A stretch of DNA of 38,406 bases, from contig CAIYFD010000313.1 in the NCBI GenBank assembly GCA_903925425.1, positions 1 through 38,406 of the forward strand, written 5' to 3'. Shown here piece by piece: positions 37,301 to 38,406 of the stretch (positions are counted from its first letter, which is position 1; each line of letters opens with the position of its first letter). Source of the stretch: an uncultured Opitutia bacterium. GTDB lineage: Bacteria > Verrucomicrobiota > Verrucomicrobiia > Opitutales > Opitutaceae. A model generated the notes under the pieces. The model ran no database searches and was not told where the DNA came from. It was given only the letters and a program-made list of their open reading frames with translations. Made by a program: the position numbers and the translations under genes.

Positions 37301-37575
37301 AGCGAGAACCCGAACATCGAGTTGGCGCGCACGCTGCGGACACCGGCGAGGCCCTGAAGGTTGACCGAGAGCGGGTAGGTGATCTGGTCCTCGATCTCCT
37401 GCGGGCTGCGGCCCTCCCAGTCGGCGAAGACGATGACCTGGTTCTCGCTCAGGTCCGGGATCGCGTCGATGGGGACGCGGCGGATGGCGAAGAGGCCCCA
37501 GCCGAAAAGGAGCAGCGTGGCCCCGAGGACCAGCAGGCGGTTTTCGAGCGACCAGCGGATGAGCCGGTTGATCAT
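34351..37575 (-). CDS. cusA: CusA/CzcA family heavy-metal efflux RND permease
   Basis: 1074 aa. N-terminal MINRLIRWSLENRLLVL, 12-TM RND architecture and a C-terminal RLRPKVMT...LP motif. The ATG overlaps the cusB stop (ATGA). A variant heptamer cassette sits in a C-terminal loop. Confidence 0.9.
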   Translation of the reverse strand: MINRLIRWSLENRLLVLGATLLLFGWGLFAIRRVPIDAIPDLSENQVIVFADWEGRSPQEIEDQITYPLSVNLQGLAGVRSVRANSMFGFSLLTVIFDDKIDNYFARTRVLERLNYLGNLLPAGVTPRLGPDATGLGWVYQYHLKDTSGKQDLGSLRALQDYFIRFQLASVPGVAEVAGIGGFVRQWQVEVSSVKLRALGLTLDRVLETIARNNLNVGGRTLEENGMEFIVRGVGLIKSAADLESIALDVRQGVPIRLTDVATVQIGGDYRRGALDVDGHEVVGGTVVMRSGENAWQVIQDVKAKIAQIAPGLPPGVTIEPFYDRSDLIGRAIDTLKHTLWEAVILVTLMHVLFLFHFRSILIVTLPLPASILIAFILMKEFGIQSHIMSLTGIAIAIGVLVDAAIVMTENVIRHCELAEKAKGSRLTSAETWQVTLEASQQVGRPIFLAMAIIILAFVPVFTLTGQEGKLFHPLAWTKSFAMLGATVLAVTLVPVLCTYLVRGPFHSEDRNWLMRFLLAIYDPVLNWALEHRKTVLGCAATLLAACALLAFGLPRSIASRLPPSAGRLVGGFGSEFMPTLQEGSLLFMPVLVPSTSLTEIKRIMAWQDKVIAATPEVASVAGKLGRFDTATDPAPAEMIETTITLKPASAWRPGMTQEMLITDLSEKLTQVPGYAAGFLQPIENRVLMLSTGIRAQLGLKIFGDDLDAIQRKAFEIEAVVSKIPGAAGVSPSRVQGKPYLEISVDRAALTRFGLSAADVLAIAETGLGGRTATTTIQGRERWPVQVRLEKSDREDIDRLGAIPVPLPSGAYVPLQQVATIKRVLGPNEIASENGRLRAYVQANVTGRDLGGFVEDVRAAVTKEVKLDPGMTLEYSGQYENQLRARATLQLIMPAVLVIIFLILCFTFHSAAEAAHVILAVPFALTGGVILQGLLGYNFSVAVWVGYIALFGTAIQTGVVMVVYLEDAVKRRLAAKRAALSPDLQLSTSNLQLDREELLLAIREGARLRLRPKVMTVATAVAGLLPIFWSTRTGVEVMRPLAAPVVGGMLSSLVHILIVTPVIFAWLRERQLKA
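34598..34628. repeat. Heptanucleotide tandem-repeat cassette D (GTTGAAR variant)
   Basis: + strand units: agttgaa ggttgga agttgaa agttgaa ggt. Translated on the minus strand as DLQLSTSNLQLD within cusA. Confidence 0.85.
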
Positions 37576-38406
37576 GACTTGGGCGTGGCGACGACGGGCG
37601 ACTCGAACTGCGCTTGGGCGTCGAGCAGCAGCGCGGCACGGGTCACGACCTTGTCGCCGACGGAAATACCCATGATGACCTCGACCAGATCATCGCCGCG
37701 CCGGCCGAGTACGAGCTTGCGACGCTCGTAGCCGCCGCCGCCCAGTTCGACATAGGCGATGGGGCCGGAGCCGGAGTCGAGGATGGCGGACTTGGGAATC
37801 GCGATGACGACCGGCGCGGGCAGATGCACCCGGCCGGTGGCGACGACGCGGTGCGACATGTAGAGATGCTGGTCCTCGACCTGGAAGTGAACGCCGTTGA
37901 GCACGACCCGGGCCTTGGTCGAACGCGTGGCCTCGTTGAAGTTCGGGTCGATGAAGGCAATCGGCTCGGAGATCGTCTCGCCCGGGATCACGTCGGTCGT
38001 CACATCCACCATCTGCCCGGCCTGGAGGAGGGGCATGTCCGTCTCATAGACATCGAAGAGAAACCACATGCTGGTGAAATCGCCGAGCTCCACGATCCGG
38101 TCGCCCGCGTTCACGTATTGCCCCTCGTAGGCGAGTTTGTACACGACGGTACCGTCCGCGGGCGCCCGGACCACCACGGTGGCCGAGGGCTCGCGGCTCT
38201 TCTCCAGATCCGCGAGATCGCCCGCGGTGAGGCCGAGCATGAGGAGTTTCTCGCGGACCGAGGCGAGCTCCGAGGGTGGGAACGCCTTGCCGGCACCCAG
38301 GTGTTCAACGTAGGTCCGTTGGGCCGTCAGCATGTCGGCGCTGTAGATGGTGGCGAGCTGCTCGCCCTTCGTGACGGCCTGGCCGGTGTAATTGATGTTC
38401 AGCTTC
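37572..38406 (-). CDS. cusB: Efflux RND periplasmic adaptor subunit (CusB-like), 5'-truncated by the window edge
   Basis: The reading frame stays open to the window end. The upstream codons read KLNINYTGQAVTKGEQLATIYSADMLTAQRTYVE, a typical membrane-fusion-protein lipoyl/hairpin junction. The C-terminal beta-barrel region is also recognisable. Confidence 0.8.
   Translation of the reverse strand, partial: KLNINYTGQAVTKGEQLATIYSADMLTAQRTYVEHLGAGKAFPPSELASVREKLLMLGLTAGDLADLEKSREPSATVVVRAPADGTVVYKLAYEGQYVNAGDRIVELGDFTSMWFLFDVYETDMPLLQAGQMVDVTTDVIPGETISEPIAFIDPNFNEATRSTKARVVLNGVHFQVEDQHLYMSHRVVATGRVHLPAPVVIAIPKSAILDSGSGPIAYVELGGGGYERRKLVLGRRGDDLVEVIMGISVGDKVVTRAALLLDAQAQFESPVVATPKS

Overview
This is a GC-rich (over 60% by eye), gene-dense chromosomal window. 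The gene families suggest a PVC-group bacterium, probably Verrucomicrobiota/Opitutales-like: a PVC-type membrane-bound-dehydrogenase beta-propeller, a multi-haem cytochrome c, DUF1080, a Tat-exported TIM-barrel isomerase and a GH28 enzyme. I support 34 CDSs. No rRNA, tRNA, CRISPR array, transposase or integrase is visible.

Gene content in window order:
- cupin, pdxH, SixA-like phosphatase
- a minus-strand operon of dehydrogenase-propeller, penta-haem cytochrome c and DUF1080
- lipoate-ligase family gene
- a 713-aa orphan EF-hand membrane protein
- divergent RNA methyltransferase genes (RlmD/TrmA-like and TrmH-like)
- an overlap-coupled minus-strand chain of rnd, OleC-like ligase, OleD-like reductase and yhhQ
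- queC, queE, exoD
- feoA, feoA, feoB plus a 47-aa Cys-rich gene missing from the ORF track
- GH28 and TIM-barrel isomerase
- gnd
- moaC, moaD, moaE
- CNNM/CorC transporter and a lipoprotein
- copA, a pentapeptide-repeat protein, cusA and a partial cusB

The most unusual signal is not a gene. Four roughly 31-bp AT-rich tracts of tandem heptanucleotides sit in frame inside three unrelated housekeeping genes. On the + strand the units are GATTTGA/GATCTGA, with one GTTGAAR variant. They lie twice in the RlmD-like gene, once in the OleC-like ligase and once in cusA, always in the one orientation or frame that stays open. They are translated as SNLKSQI-type heptad peptides.

Other items worth checking:
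- a roughly 85-aa Ala-rich helical module shared by two unrelated secreted enzymes
- a twin 15-bp palindromic operator
- a 22/24-bp intercistronic hairpin
- the orphan EF-hand membrane protein

Many long ORFs in the track are antisense or shadow ORFs typical of high-GC DNA. The track also uses GTG/TTG starts printed as M.
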